Below, piece after piece: positions 1 to 12,802 of a stretch of 64,000 nucleotides of DNA. Source of the stretch: Squalus acanthias (lineage: Eukaryota); the NCBI GenBank assembly GCA_030390025.1, contig CM059438.1, positions 67,520,001 through 67,584,000 on the forward strand, given 5' to 3'. A program made the position numbers and the translations under genes. The notes under the pieces were generated by a model. It was not told the DNA's origin and ran no database searches. It worked only from the letters and a program-made list of their open reading frames with translations. How positions within the stretch are numbered: position 1 is the first letter of the stretch; every line of letters begins with the position of its first letter.

Positions 1-290
1 GAAGCGCCCGGCCTCCCGATGAACGCCTCCCGCAGCTGCCAGTGTTTTCGCCCAGCGATGCTGCAGCGGGCGGAACCGAAGTTCGGTGCTGGAGCGCTAC
101 CGGGGCGATGCGCATGGCGATGACTTCACGATCTCCAGGTGAAGGAGATCGGGGCGCAACGCCATACCGCCACCGCAAACCTCCCACCGAATATCGCAGG
201 AGTCGATCTTCTCGCCACGCCCGGTCGGTAAGTGATTACCCCCCACCGGAGGCGATAACGGGAGGTGCAAAGGTACCCAATTTCTCCCCC
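1..290 (+). mobile_element. Right part of a non-autonomous PIF/Harbinger-like MITE (family A), truncated by the window edge
   Basis: Closely similar to 15400-15684. Ends in TIR CCCAATTTCTCCCCC at 290. Confidence 0.8.
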
Positions 291-1849
291 TTTATTTCTT
301 CATCTCCTATAAGGTAAATAGTTTTCAACCAACGTCGCACTTTACTCAAACTGTTGGAAGATTTTAAAAAAAGAAATCATATCATTTAGGTTGGAGTAAT
401 GTAGGTCAGGTCGAGTGAGCTAAATTCAGCATCAGAGGTTAAAACCTAGACCTACAGAGGTAAATTTTGGCATCCTTTCATTGTAATGTCAAGATTTTAC
501 AATTAATTGTTCCTACATTAATAGGTGCTTGGATTACAGACACACAATAATGATTGAGACAGCGTCGTCACATGTTGCAGTTTTCCCAAGGCACTAGTAT
601 CCTTTCTATAATAGGATCCCTGGAACTGCACCTAATATTCCAACCAATAGCCGAACCAATGTATTTTACAGATATATCATCAGCTCCTGGATTTTCTATT
701 GGCTGACCCTATATATCAAACCCAGAATCCCATTTGCTTGTAGGATTGATGAATGCTAAATGCCTCACAATATAGATTATTGTAACTTAATTCCTGGGTG
801 CCAGGATCATCAAATAACAAATCATAGAGAGATGCAGCAACTAATGTTAGTTTGTTTAACAACATCTATGATAGCACTACTAACACTTCACAAGATTAAG
901 TATTAATAATTGCCGTGAAGTAAATAAATAATTAATATCAATGAATAGAATCTAAATCACTTTGGGAATAACAGTAACTTAAATGTATCCCAATATCTCA
1001 GCACCAGCTGGGTTTTGCTTAGCAACAGCAGAACAAAATTATTTTCATGTTCAAGAATAAAGGATAATTTAACAGGGTTAAGGTCACAGTCAGCATTCAA
1101 TGTATCTGCTATTGTTCTGCTATTGAGGTTGTCCATTTTTGACATGAGCATAAGATGTAGGTTCACTACTGTGGCACTGGGTAATTCTGCTTTCTTCAGG
1201 AATGCTCAAGCTTCAGTTCTGGGGTGAGCCGTGATGACTCATCATCCATGGCCGTTGTCTTCTTTCTTAAATTGTCGTCTTCTCCTCGTGACTTGAGCTA
1301 ACCTTGCACACATGACAAACCTCTTTGCTGTTACACTGGGCTTCCGCTCTGTATGCAGAAACTTTCAAGGAAATTACAATTATGGACCTAACAAGATGAT
1401 CAATTCAATTTCAATGATCACGGACCAGCGCGGACATGTGTCGAAAAATATCACTGCAGATTTTAATTAGCTTGACAAAGAACCGGTCTCCAAATATGCT
1501 GCTTTTCACTTCCCAGTGCTTAAATCAAAAGAAGGAAGACATATTTTGGCTATCAGTAGTCGGTTAAAGTTATTTCTAGCTTATTAACTGGATCAGTTTG
1601 TTGGTCTTCTATTTAGGTGAAATCCAGTTCTGTTAAAAGGACATCCCACAAGCAAAGATTAGCCCCTCAAACTAAGAGCAGTTCAGAAAGCCTGCAGCAT
1701 GTTCCGAATGCATATGGAGTTCCTACGTGCCTTTTTGTAAAATGGCTTTATGCACCTGCGGTCCTGCCCTGAAAGATTTGAATATCTACACCCTTTGATC
1801 TCTGGTTCTCTACTGCACTGAGAACTTTACCACTTGAAGTGTAGTTCTG

Positions 1850-2400
1850 TTGTCTGCTCTTCTTCCCCAATTACTTACTTCACATTTTCTTTTGGAACTG
1901 CCTTTACCACATATCCGCCCACTCCCCTTACCCGCCTATGCTGTCCTACAATCGCCTGCATTCTTCCTTTGTTTTCCATTCCACAGAGGGCGTCTCGCCA
2001 ACCATTGAGACATGTCCAATTACTCCTGCTCTTGCTTTCAATCCTTCAGTAATCCCTCTATCAATGTCCCCATTTTAACTTTGATACCTTAATTTTTGCA
2101 ACACGTCTCTTATATGGCACTTGGTCAAAGTTTTTTTCCCCCCCCAAGTCCAAATATATCACACCCATTCACTTTGTTTATACTCTCTGTAATTTCCTAA
2201 AATATTCAATTAAATTACTCAAGCATGACCCATACGTAACACATTTGTTTGGTTTGCGCCTATTCAGGCCATGCCTCTCCAACTGTTCACCATTATCCTT
2301 CATAATATTCTCTAATAGTTTTCCTACTGCTGACATGGGCCTACATTTCTAGTTACATGTCTTGTCTCTTTCCTTTTTAAATTTTTTAACAGTTGTGTAA
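1850..2400 (-). mobile_element. Degenerate CR1 LINE RT fragment
   Basis: Minus strand near 2100-2170 reads approximately GVIYLD...FDQVPYKR, matching the CR1 RT 'VYLDFxKAFDKVPH' region. Many disruptions. Confidence 0.6.
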
Positions 2401-2407
2401 TATTTGG

Positions 2408-2780
2408 CAACAGCAAAATACTGTGGCTGCTGGAAATCTGAAATAACAGAAAATGCTGGAAACACTCAGCAGGCCAGGCAGCATCCCTGGAGAGAGAAAA
2501 CAGAGTTTCAGGTCTGTGACCCTTCGTCAGAACTGGAAAAAGTTCGAGATGTAACAGATTTTAAGCAGGCGCAGAGGCAGGGAAAGGGGGGAGGGGAGGA
2601 AAGAACAAAAGGGATGGTCTGTGCTAGGGTGGAAGGCAGGAGAGGTTAAATGTTGTAAATGGGGATGGCAGAATCGTCAACAGCTGCCATGTGAAAAAAT
2701 AAGGGCAGGGGTTATAGTCTGAAATTGTTGAATTCGATGTTGAGTCCAGAAGACTGTAAAGTGCCTACTCAAAAGATGTA
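2408..2780 (-). mobile_element. Penelope-like element 3' (pLTR) fragment with degenerate hammerhead motif
   Basis: GCAAAATACTG...GCTGGAAA...CTCAGCAGG pattern, also seen at 39440. Minus strand 2503-2534 reads CTGACGA-AGGGTCACAGACCT-GAAAC. Confidence 0.7.
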
Positions 2781-2878
2781 ATATTTGGCATGTCATTTCA
2801 AAATACAGGAATTAGATGTGTTGCAGGAAGTAGCTTGTCCATTCACATTCGTAACACTTCAGATGCTCAGATCATATT

Positions 2879-3598
2879 GGCCCGTATTTTCCGATCGCAG
2901 GCCTCCCACAGGTGGAGGCCAGCGATCTGGAAAAATCTACACTCTTACCTGAGGGCTCCCGGGACACACACGCTTCCGCTCCTGGGCCTCTCCAAACTCC
3001 AAGTGCGCAGGGCCCACGTATCCCAGAGGCGCAGGTAGTTCGCAGCGTCCCTGGGATCACATGGGCCATGGGGAGCCAATCAAAGCAGGGAATCTCCCTT
3101 CATACACTTGACAGGAAGACCTGTCAAATATATGAATGGAGATCACCCCCAAAACACATTTTTAAAATGACTTGAAATTACAATAAATTAAGTATTTTAA
3201 ACAAAAACTTAATTTTTTTAAAAAAATAATTAGAAGTTTTTTACAGGGCTAAAAATAAACTTACCTTTTTTTAAAAGTATTTTTAAATGATAAATCAGTG
3301 AAAACATTTTTAAAAACTTTTTTCAACTGTTATCCTGGTAAAAGCAGGCCTTACGCTTTTACCAGGCGCAAGAATTGTAAGTGTTTTCTGCAGGCGGAGG
3401 GTCTCCAAAAAGCGGAACTATCCGCCCGCAGAGGCCCTTCTCTAGGGCAGGCGGAGGATCTGTCATGACCATTCTTGACAGATCGGAAATGCCGGTTTTC
3501 AGCGCATGCGCTGTGCATGCCTGAAACCGGCATTTCCGAAGTCCTTATGGATGGGTACACAGTGCGTACCCACCCGTAGGGATCGGAATATCTTGGCC
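2879..3598 (+). mobile_element. Harbinger-like MITE, family B
   Basis: TIRs GGCCCGTATTTTCCGATC / GATCGGAATATCTTGGCC with TSD ATT/ATT. Homologous to 40046-40780 and 55937-56679. Confidence 0.85.
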
Positions 3599-3949
3599 AT
3601 TATTTCACTTTTCTTTTGACTAAGTCGAAAGCTTCTTAAACAGCCTCCAGATGGCACGTTCCAATTCTTTCCAAAGGCAATGGGCTATCATAGTCTGATA
3701 CATCAGGTTTCAGTTTCCTTTCATCTTGGCCCAGCAATCATCAAGCTGTCTTCAAATGGGGGAGAAAATGTTTGCCAAATTCTAGCATATCCTAGTTCAT
3801 ATCCAATAAGTGCTCAATATGGTCAAGGAGGCAATCCTGTATGTAAATCACTGGGTAGAAATAGAGCTGTGCAATCATAATATATATTGCAATACAGCAA
3901 TACTTGCATTATTATATTAGGAAATTATATTGCTATATTAGTAGGTAAT

Positions 3950-4278
3950 GGGGGAAAAATTGGGTTGTGCTCCCTTTGGGGCGCTAACTTCGAGTAGGTA
4001 GGCCCCCCTGACCCTGTCGGACATAGCGTCCAGCGGTAAGTTAGGGGGCGCTACCGAAGATTGTGGCCGGGGTGCGAGCGGGGCACTGCGCATGGCGATG
4101 ACGTCATTGGCGGCGGCGGAGCGCTTCGGGGCGCTAACGGTTACCGCCGCCGCTAACCTCCCGCTGAATTTCGCAGGAGGAGTTAGCGGCGCCGCGTCCG
4201 GGCGCGAGTTGCTTTGCGCCCCTTTAGCACCCTAAGAGGGTGCTAACAGGAGGCGCAAATCAACCAAATTTTTCCCCC
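3950..4278 (+). mobile_element. Harbinger-like MITE, family A (internally deleted)
   Basis: TIRs GGGGGAAAAATTGG / CCAAATTTTTCCCCC with TSD AAT/AAT. Repeated GGGGCGCTA motifs. Confidence 0.85.
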
Positions 4279-5164
4279 AATGTCTTAATACATTTGTATG
4301 AAATTCCTTTGTTCACCACGTTAATGCAGGCAATAACCCAAAAGGTTAAAATTTTAGTTTAGACAGTGGACAAATGGATTTTGTGGTTAATGTGTTAATC
4401 CACTTGATATTAATATCGCACAGCATGATTTCACCACGTACAGGTGTTGAATGTTTGGAACAAAGTAGCCAACATCTATTGAGTTCCAAAACCAATTTAT
4501 TCTTTGTATTTCACATTTATTTACTGTTATTATTTTGCTGATTGACAAATAGCTGGACAGAAGTATCTTGTCAGAGAAACGTAAAGGTCGATTCAATAAC
4601 TTTTGATTTTTTTTTAATAACTTCATAATCATTAAGATGGCACGGATTTTCTCTTGCTATGTTAAAATGATATTATTATCGACTTGAATCCTCACTGTGT
4701 TTAAAAAAAACAAGTCTGCTTCAGCTCTTTTGTTCCCAGAACCTCAGCGCTATGGGACACCCTGCCTCCTTTCGTCTTCTCATTGCCCTACAACCTACAT
4801 GCTTTCAAAATCCAAGTTTGGTTTCACACAAGCAATGTACCTTTTAACCTTGGTGGCCTCCTGCATTAAGTACCTTGGCCATTCACATCGCCATTCTCAG
4901 TAAGAACAGTGACACTAAAGAAATATTGAAGTCATATTGAGTTAAGCAAAACAAGAAGCAAGTATCCTGCAGCATCCAACGTTTGGCAAGTTTCTTAGTG
5001 GTCATCTCCAATGTCTGTAGCTGAAGTCCGAACTAGAATCATACATAGCTGCTGCACATCTGCAGCGGAAATACTAAATAAGCACATTATGTCGTGTATC
5101 AGTTCCTTACTCTTCCTTTCAAATCTCAACTTGTAGTATTGCAATTGCTGTTGTGGTCATTTCA

Positions 5165-5395
5165 TCACACTTCGCACTCATTGCAGAGTTCCCCAGGGTC
5201 CAAGGTTCCAGGGGGCTGCACTCACATTGCCTTGCATGCGTGCTCCCCATCACCAGCCTTGCACCTTTCTCAATAAAGGTGGATTCCATTCCCTCAGCAT
5301 CCAGCAGGTCTGAGGCCGCAGGCAGCGCATCATGCAAGTCTGTGCCTGGTTTCCCGGCAGCAATCATGATTACTTTATCCTGCGCCAACTGGTAA
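5165..5395 (+). pseudogene. Harbinger (HARBI1-like) DDE transposase fragment, disrupted
   Basis: Combined frames give IAEFPRVQG..CTHIAL...FLNKGGFHSLSIQQV*...IMQVCAWFPGSNHDYFILRQ. This matches the Harbinger core GFPxVxGAIDCTHI...NRKGxHS...ARFPGSxHDAxIL. Confidence 0.85.
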
Positions 5396-6029
5396 CGTTT
5401 TGCTCTGCTCCTAACCTGCGGGCATCATGTACGGTTAGCTGTAATGGAAATGATATCATCTACTCGCATGATGGACAGCCTGTACAATCTAGAATGAAAG
5501 TAAACGGCTTGGCAATAGAAAATATTTAGAGCGAACAACTTGTAATGCCTGTTAGTGACAGTGACTGACAGGAATCCTATTTTCAAGAGCTTTAGTGTAA
5601 TTACCTTTTAGAGAGCTGTTGGGGTATAAATATGCCACATTTGATGGAATTCCATTTTGTTCGGACATGGAAAGTCTCACCTGATAGACATAGCTTGGAA
5701 CTAAGAAAACTGGTTTTGCACTACCTAGTAATTGAATTTGTCAGCTACATGGGCCAGATTTCCATGTTTTTGATAGCCTGAAACCAATGTCAGCACCTGC
5801 TTGTTGGAAATTATTATTTTTATTATTTGTGATGAAGGTACTTGATGAAATGTGAAAATATATTAGATTAATTTAGTTTGGGAATATTGTTAATCATAGT
5901 AAATGGCACCTTGTCACTTCAGCATTTGGCTACGGTGATGAATATAGAGCTCTCATACAACTAATGATCCTCAGTCCTCTGCTCCTCCACAAAATGAACT
6001 GAAATGCAGATGCTTAGGGACTCCAGGAG

Positions 6030-6760
6030 AGTGAGCCTTTGGCGCAGTGGTAGCATTCCTGCCTCTGGGTCAGACGGTGCAGGTTTCGAAACCCCACTCC
6101 AGACAGTCCCGTGCGAGTGGAGTTAGAGCTCTGGCTTTGAATTCTGGTTTGACATCTTGCATCTGGTGGGTGTGGGTGGCCCTCTCTCATCGTATGGGCT
6201 GCAGGAGCCCATTAAACCCTTCCACTGTATAGAACTAGCCACCCTATCAGCTGGTATAAAAGATGATTCTGGCCATGGACGGAGCGTTAATGCGGCCAGT
6301 CAGACTGTTAATCAGCCTGCAAATACTTCCACTATTTCACACCCTTCCCCCAAAGGGAACAGCAAGAATGACACAAAAAGAAGGGACTCCAGAAAGAGCT
6401 TTACATTATGCACCAGTTAACAGACTGTTTTAGATTATCTAGAATACGTTGACAATATAAAGTGTAAATGTATCTGTAAATTGAACTCTTACCTTTCGGC
6501 CATTCGCCCTCTCTTTCAGATGAGACGTTAAAACGAGGCCCCGTCTGCCCTCTCAGGTGGACGTAAAAGATCCCACGGTACTATTCGAAGAAGAGCAGGG
6601 GAGTTCTCACCAGTGTCCTGACCACCATTTATCCCTGAACCAACACCGAAAACAGATGATCTGGTCATTTATTCCATTGCTGTTTTTGCTACATTGCTGT
6701 GCGCAAATTGGCATCCTGAGGTTGTGAAAGGCGCTATATAAATGCATATTCTTTTTTCTT
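6030..6760 (+). mobile_element. DeuSINE (SacSINE1-like) pieces: tRNA-like head at 6030-6105, Deu core and tail at 6515-6760
   Basis: Head TGGCGCAGTGGTAGCA...GGTTTCGAAACC. Deu core GATGAGACGTTAAAACGAGGCCCCGTCTGCCCTCTCAGGTGGACGTAAAAGATCCC. Tail AGGCGCTATATAAATGCA. Confidence 0.75.
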
Positions 6761-7039
6761 CCTTGTTTCTTATTGTCAGCTGCTATATTTCTTTTCTCCA
6801 ATTTTCTTCCTCATTCTTGTCCTGAAGGTGTTGACTCCTGTTTGCTATGGTTCTCTGGTACCTCGATTAAGTCACCATTCTGCTTTTATCAACTTTGGAA
6901 GGTTATTTGACCACGGATGAATGCTGTCCATACCTGACATCCAACACATGCCAGCAGGAGAGCAATCAGAAGTGTAAATAAAGGTGCTTTCCTCTTCGTT
7001 AACCATGAGGGAATTTAGGCCAATTATAGAGCCCCAACC

Positions 7040-7270
7040 ACTGAGCCAGGGAAAGAACAAAAGGGAAAGGTCAGTGATAGGGTGGAGGGCAGGGGTGATT
7101 AAATGACAAAAGGGATGATGGTGCAAGGCAAAAGGAGGTGAACATGGGCCACACATGGAAACAGAAAGTAATGAAGGTAAACAGGCCACAAGAAACAAAT
7201 GAAAATCCCGTCGGAGAGAAGAGCAGAACTTCTTCAAGGTGGGCATTCCTGGAAGAGATTTGCCAGTGAA
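7040..7270 (-). mobile_element. Penelope-like element fragments
   Basis: Resembles 2590-2650 (GAACAAAAGGG...GATAGGGTGG...AAATG). Confidence 0.5.
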
Positions 7271-9011
7271 TTAAAAAAATTTGCTTTTGCTTGCAGAGTC
7301 CTTGTATGATTATTTTATATGGGGACTTTCCCCTCCCCTGTAACCACCTGTTGATTCTATACTTTAAAGAACACTAACTTCCTTCTTTCACCTATCTCTA
7401 ATGAAAAAATATCAAGTGGTGTTATTAATTTCAGTATAACTCTCAATCTCCTTTCTCAACAGTGTTCAGTCCCTTTGCCTTTTAAAGGTGTTAGTTAACC
7501 CTGAATCAACTCCTTTGTAAAGGAGAAGGCCACCACTACCATCCCCTTCCCAGGGCAACCCGGGATGGGCAATAAATGCGACCTTGCCACATCCCATGAA
7601 CAAATAAACAAAAAGTCTCTGGGAGTCTCTTTCACATGCCAATCTATCACATGGGAAAAAAGCTTTTCTTAATCTCAGACCTTGCTGGAGGCTTGGGAAT
7701 TTTATAATTGTGTCCTCCAGTCCTACATACCACAATACTGAATTTCACCATCAAGCGTTGAAGCTAAAATTTAAACATTTCAAATATTCTTTTAATTTGT
7801 GTACAAGCATATCAAATCCTAATGAAATACTAATGAAAATGATAATGTGGAATCTTTTTTGAAGAGAAATCCTGTAAGTGGGGAGGATTGTGGATTTGAA
7901 ATGCGTTTCTAGCTTATAGTGTCTTCAGTACCTAAAATGTATCATAATGTCTTACATGTGGTCAAAGTGATCCTGTGGACCAGTTTCAATCACAAGAATT
8001 TTCCATAGTATTTTTTCCCAGATTGGCCCTGGATTTTTCTCTGCTTTTTTGTCTCTCTCAAGAGATTAAATGGCTGCGGGGGTTCGGAACTGTCTAGTCA
8101 TGATGCTGCAGGCATGAGTGTGGGGCAGGCTTGATGAACCTTCTGGTCTTTGCCTGTCATTTTCATATGTACGTATCTTTAACATCAATCAGAGGTGTCA
8201 GACCACTCGTTTAAGCTTTCCAAATGGACTTCTTCTCCTCAGAATTTTTTTTTGTTGGATACTTCTGTTTATTTTTCTTTGATTTTATATTTCCCTCTTA
8301 AAATTATTTCAGTTTGCATTCTGCACTTACACTGGGATAAAATCTCTAAGGGCAGTAAAAATATTCTCGACTCAAGAATTGCACTCTCCAAGTGACGTAA
8401 ATTGGACTTTGAACCAGTGTAATGGTAAAGACCGAGGGAAAGACACAGTGAGAACAAATTTAACATAAAATCAATCTCTGGCGGTTACAAAGTGATTTTA
8501 AGCTGCAGCTCTACTGCATTGCCAGTCTCAGACCAGTATCTATCGAGTGCAACGTGCAGGCAGCAATACCCGAGTTATACCGCAGGTTGTGCCTAGTTGT
8601 GGCTCGCAAGCCACCCGCTGTTTGTGCATGTTCACAAGCATGTGCAGAGTCAGCTCTTCCAGTGGCTGTTGCTTACTGTCAGGACGTTGTATGTGGCTGC
8701 ATCCACTTCCTTATAATATTAAAAAGACTCAATACTTAATAATATGCCCAGGAGATCCAGCAGACTGGAGTGCTGCCACCTCTGTTAGGAAGCCCAAGTG
8801 ATGTGAGAAGGCCTCCTGAAGATGCCTTGACTTACGTGTACTCAGATTATGATTTGACTCCCCAGTTATGCTGCACTTTCATGTTGATATGCATCCGAAA
8901 CCATTTCACATTAACTTGAAACAGGCGGTATATTTGTACCCTGCCCCTTCCCCTTTAAACTACTTGCTCAAACTCTGTATCCTCCCTTCCTATTTGTTCA
9001 GCTGGCACCCA

Positions 9012-10580
9012 GTGTCAGTTGTGGTTCAGTGGGTAGCACCCTCGAGGCGGGCTAGGAGTGAGCAGGCGCTGCTGGGTGCCTGATTACTGCAGGGAGGTTG
9101 AGTGAGTTTGTAAAAAGTTGGTGTTGGTTTTTTGAAGAAAAAATCCTTCAGAATCAAATGGGTGAAGAGATTTCTTCAGAAGTCAAATACAAGTTTTTGG
9201 AAGAGTTGTTCTGAGCATTTTTAAAAATCAAGTGTGGTAGGAGGGCAGGGGATATTGTATATGGAATACAATATGTTTTTGAAATCGGTTAAACTTTTCC
9301 CTTGGTTTTATAAGTGGGTTGTAGAGACTTGGGCCCAATTTTTAAAACGTGTGCCATTTATGCACAAGGGTGCTGAGGAATTTTAAGAACAGCCCTTATT
9401 TTTGAACAGGTGGGTCAACATCGAAGGAGAGGTATTATTTAACCAAACTTATAAAAGCTGGTATATATGTGAAAGATGTATTATATGAGGTAATTCCAGG
9501 TTGGTTGCCGGAAGCGATAGTGAGGGACATGGTGTGGGAGGAGGATCAGGAGGTAGAGGAAAAAGCAATTATGATCATGTATGAGAAGATTGTGAGGGCA
9601 ATGCCACAGGATTGGATGGAAGAAATAAATGCGGAAATCTCCAAAGGAAGTAAAATGCGTCCCGCTTTTCCAAGCATTCTGCTGGAGAAAGGGGAGGAGT
9701 TGGTCCAATTTGACAATTGTAATACTCAAGATTTCTATGAGGTATTTAGAGAATGGAGATTCAAGACACCTGCTGGTCAGGCGTTTTGGCAAAGTATATA
9801 CCCACAGCTGGACTTCAACAGGATTTGGAACGGAGTGTGGGTGAATTTTAAATGTCCAGAGTGGATTAAACTGGATTTTTACCATGATGGTCTTATGTAA
9901 GATTGGGCGAGTGGAGGTGACAACTTGCCCAGGGTGTGGGACACGGGATGAGTCTCTGTCCCATTTACTGGTTTTATGTCCGCAGTTAAAGGATTTTAAT
10001 TACTATGTTCGACAGTTGTGCGAGGTTTCTTTGCTGGGTGGGGACTGAAGAGCGAGAATGGGAATCCCGTGGGACTCACTTTTGAGATGGGGATTGCAGG
10101 AGATTCTGCCCGAGTCTAGCGGAGTGGCGATTAATTTAATGTTCAGTTTGGCTAGATTTGTGATTGAAGGAATGCTCTGTTTTTTAAGGGGAGGAAAATA
10201 AACCTAAAAGAGTATTTTAAATATAAGCTAAAAGATCATTATAAGGCTCTGTGGATGTTTTATGCAGAAAGGAATTTAAAGATAGTATTTTATAATCTAT
10301 TTTTAAAGTACAATAGATTAATATATGTTATGGGAGACAAATTAAACTTCAGGTTTTGATGTTACTATGTGGTGGAGGAATGGCTGTGCAGAGCGGTGGA
10401 ATGGATTTGTATGATACAATGGAACGATCACAATGTTGTAAATGTTTTTAATGTTCAATAAATAAAAAATAGTGGGAGCGCATTCGCCCCTGAGTCAGGA
10501 GGAGAAGGTTGTGGGTTCAAGACCAAGTTCCACTCCAGGGACTTGAGTGCATCATGTAGGTTGATACCTCAGGGCAGTAC
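9012..10580 (+). mobile_element. SacSINE1-like SINE head split by the Tx1 insertion (parts 9012-9044 and 10471-10580)
   Basis: Left part GTGTCAGTTGTGGTTCAGTGGGTAGCACCCTCG. Right part resumes ...CTGAGTCAG...GTGGGTTCAAG...CACTCCAGGGACTTGAG, colinear with the intact head at 24018-24130. Confidence 0.75.
9100..10470 (+). mobile_element. 5'-truncated Tx1/L1-clade LINE (ORF2 C-terminal part, 3' UTR and A-tail)
   Basis: FRIKWVKRFL near 9150. ORF 9469-9900 KDVLYEVIPGWLP...IWNGVW...LDF. CCHC zinc-knuckle CPGCGTRDESLSHLLVLC at ~9925-9980. AATAAATAAAAAAT at 10457-10470. Confidence 0.8.
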
Positions 10581-10902
10581 GCACATACATATTATATAAG
10601 AAATATTTATTCTGTACAAACGTTTATATGAATTATATTTATACATAACACATGTAAATATATTTGAATATAAAATGTTATATATTTCAAATGAATTTAT
10701 TTTACCTCACCATTTCTCTAAGCCTAAACCATATATATATGATTTTGGTTAATGTTCCAATTACTTACATTAATTGTATTTCAATTTCTATATCATTTCT
10801 CTCTATCATTTACCCTATGTTACATTTATTTTGTCAAGCAACATACCCTTTATTCCCAAGAGCTAAATATCCCACTCTAATAATATATTCTTGCTTACAA
10901 CC

Positions 10903-11290
10903 TGGGGGTAATTTTAACCCCCAAAAATGGGTGGGTTTGGGTTGTAAAAGTAAAAATGTTCAAAATTTCAAAACAGGAACCCAACCGCCTTGAACCCACC
11001 CACTTCTGGTTTTAACAAAGGCGGGACAAGGGGCCGGCGACCAATCCATTCTCAGGAGTCGGCTCTGTTGTTGAAACCTTTTATGGAGGTTGTGTGTCTT
11101 CATTTTAACAAGGTTTGTACTTTTTACTGCTGTTGTCCGGGTTTCCCTGGCCTCGGAAGGAGGTGAGAAGGGATGTATCCATAAGGTAGGTGCCTTTACA
11201 GCACTGCTTGTGGGCCAGGAGGAGCAGGAGTGTTTCCTCCAGGCCCAACAAGCTAACCCTGTAAAACCACCCCCAGCTCCATGATCTCCA
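10903..11290 (+). mobile_element. Harbinger-like MITE end fragment
   Basis: Starts GGGGGTAATTTT followed by GGGTGGG/CCCGCC-type subterminal repeats. No matching right TIR was identified with certainty. Confidence 0.5.
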
Positions 11291-11377
11291 TCTGTAGGAA
11301 TTATTTACGACTTTCACACCTCCTACATTAGGTGTTGGAGAAGGGTTCCACTTTAACATAAACCTCACAGATACACT

Positions 11378-12211
11378 GGGGGGAATTTTGCCAGCCCTGG
11401 GGAGGCGGGTTTGGAGGCGGGACTGCTGGGAAAATGGCAGAAACTGGAAGCGGGTGCCGAACCCGCTCCCAACCCACCTCTGCGCCATCTTGCCGGGAGG
11501 CGGGTCCCCGACTCCCGCTGGGACCTGACTCCTCGAGGCGGGAAGGAGATTTCAGCCACTAAACTGCCGGTTAACAGGCAGTTAAGAGGCTTATCCCCAT
11601 TTTACCAACACAAGTGCAGGCTTCCTGACGGCTGCGAACCTCGCCAGGGTCAGCGAGGCGAGCAGTGGGTCTGCGGGGGTGAGAGGGGTCGAAAAGTGCG
11701 CTGTGGAGGTGAGTGATGGGTGCAAGTGTGGAGAGGTAATTATGCGAGGTGAGTGAAACGTGTTAGAAAAAGTTTCCTTACCTTTGTTTCTTCCTGCAGG
11801 CTTCAACCGTTGAGGACCCAGAGGCTCCTCATCTCCACAGCAGAGATGACAGAATGGCTGCTGCATTCTCCGATGCACCAGCCATCTGCTTTCTGCTCAG
11901 GAAAGAGGTTTGGTGAGTCTTGAGTACAAGGACTCACCAAACAACAGAGAATGTCAGTGTTTGACAGCTTCTCAAAGCTGTCAAACGATGACAATTCATC
12001 TGTCAAAAATTTCTGACAGATGAAACGTCATTCGCTGACGTTCTCTGTCACCGGCTTTCCCTTATTTGGCCTGCTAAGCCCATAGGGTGGGCTTAACAAA
12101 GTCAATCAAGGGAAAATAGTGTGGGTTGGCCGGACGTCGTTGGGGGCGGGACTGAAACCCGACAAGCAGCAGTCCCGCCCCCAATGCGTCCCCATTGATA
12201 AAATCCAGCCC
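11378..12211 (+). mobile_element. Harbinger-like non-autonomous element, family C
   Basis: TIRs GGGGGGAATTTT / AAAATCCAGCCC with flanks ACT/AGT. The left end is the reverse complement of 20130-20262. Repeated GGAGGCGGG. Confidence 0.75.
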
Positions 12212-12802
12212 AGTCCCAGAGATCTTTTATTTAACCACCAACACACAGATTAAATAAGAACCCAGCTGAACCTGTTCTGGAGTCTTCAAGTGCCCCGTGG
12301 CCAAACCGATGATCACTTGAAGTCTGTTGAAATCTTTAGACGTCTTTTCTTCATTAGACCAGGATACATTTATTCTGGCTGACTGCAGTAAAAAAAAACT
12401 AGGTATTATGTCCGTTCTTATATTTTTGTGCTCTAGATTCTTGTGGCATTCACGTGTACACCTCAATGATTGGCTCATTCAAGCATGGCTTTTCCCCTTG
12501 TTGTTCATGATTGGTTCAAAGTTTAGTGGAATTACTTCATCATGCGTGTCACTTGTTGTGGGTTAATAAGGGTCTTCTCTCAAGACAGTGCTGGCAGGTT
12601 CCACTGGTTCCATAGCAACTCCAGTTTTGTGTTTGTCTCCAACTGCTTCTTTTATCTGAGTAATGGCTGTTAAAAATGTTCCACCATATTCCTTGTTCTC
12701 AACTTGCATTTTAAAGTGATATAGCCATCATTAAAGGTTCTCTTCTGTATTAAAGTTCTTGTTGTCAGGGATATTTAAAATAGATTTTCCTTCACCCTGA
12801 AC

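Noticed and set aside
5119..5388. Minus-strand 89-aa ORF as a host exon
   Set aside because: It is the antisense of a disrupted Harbinger transposase fragment.
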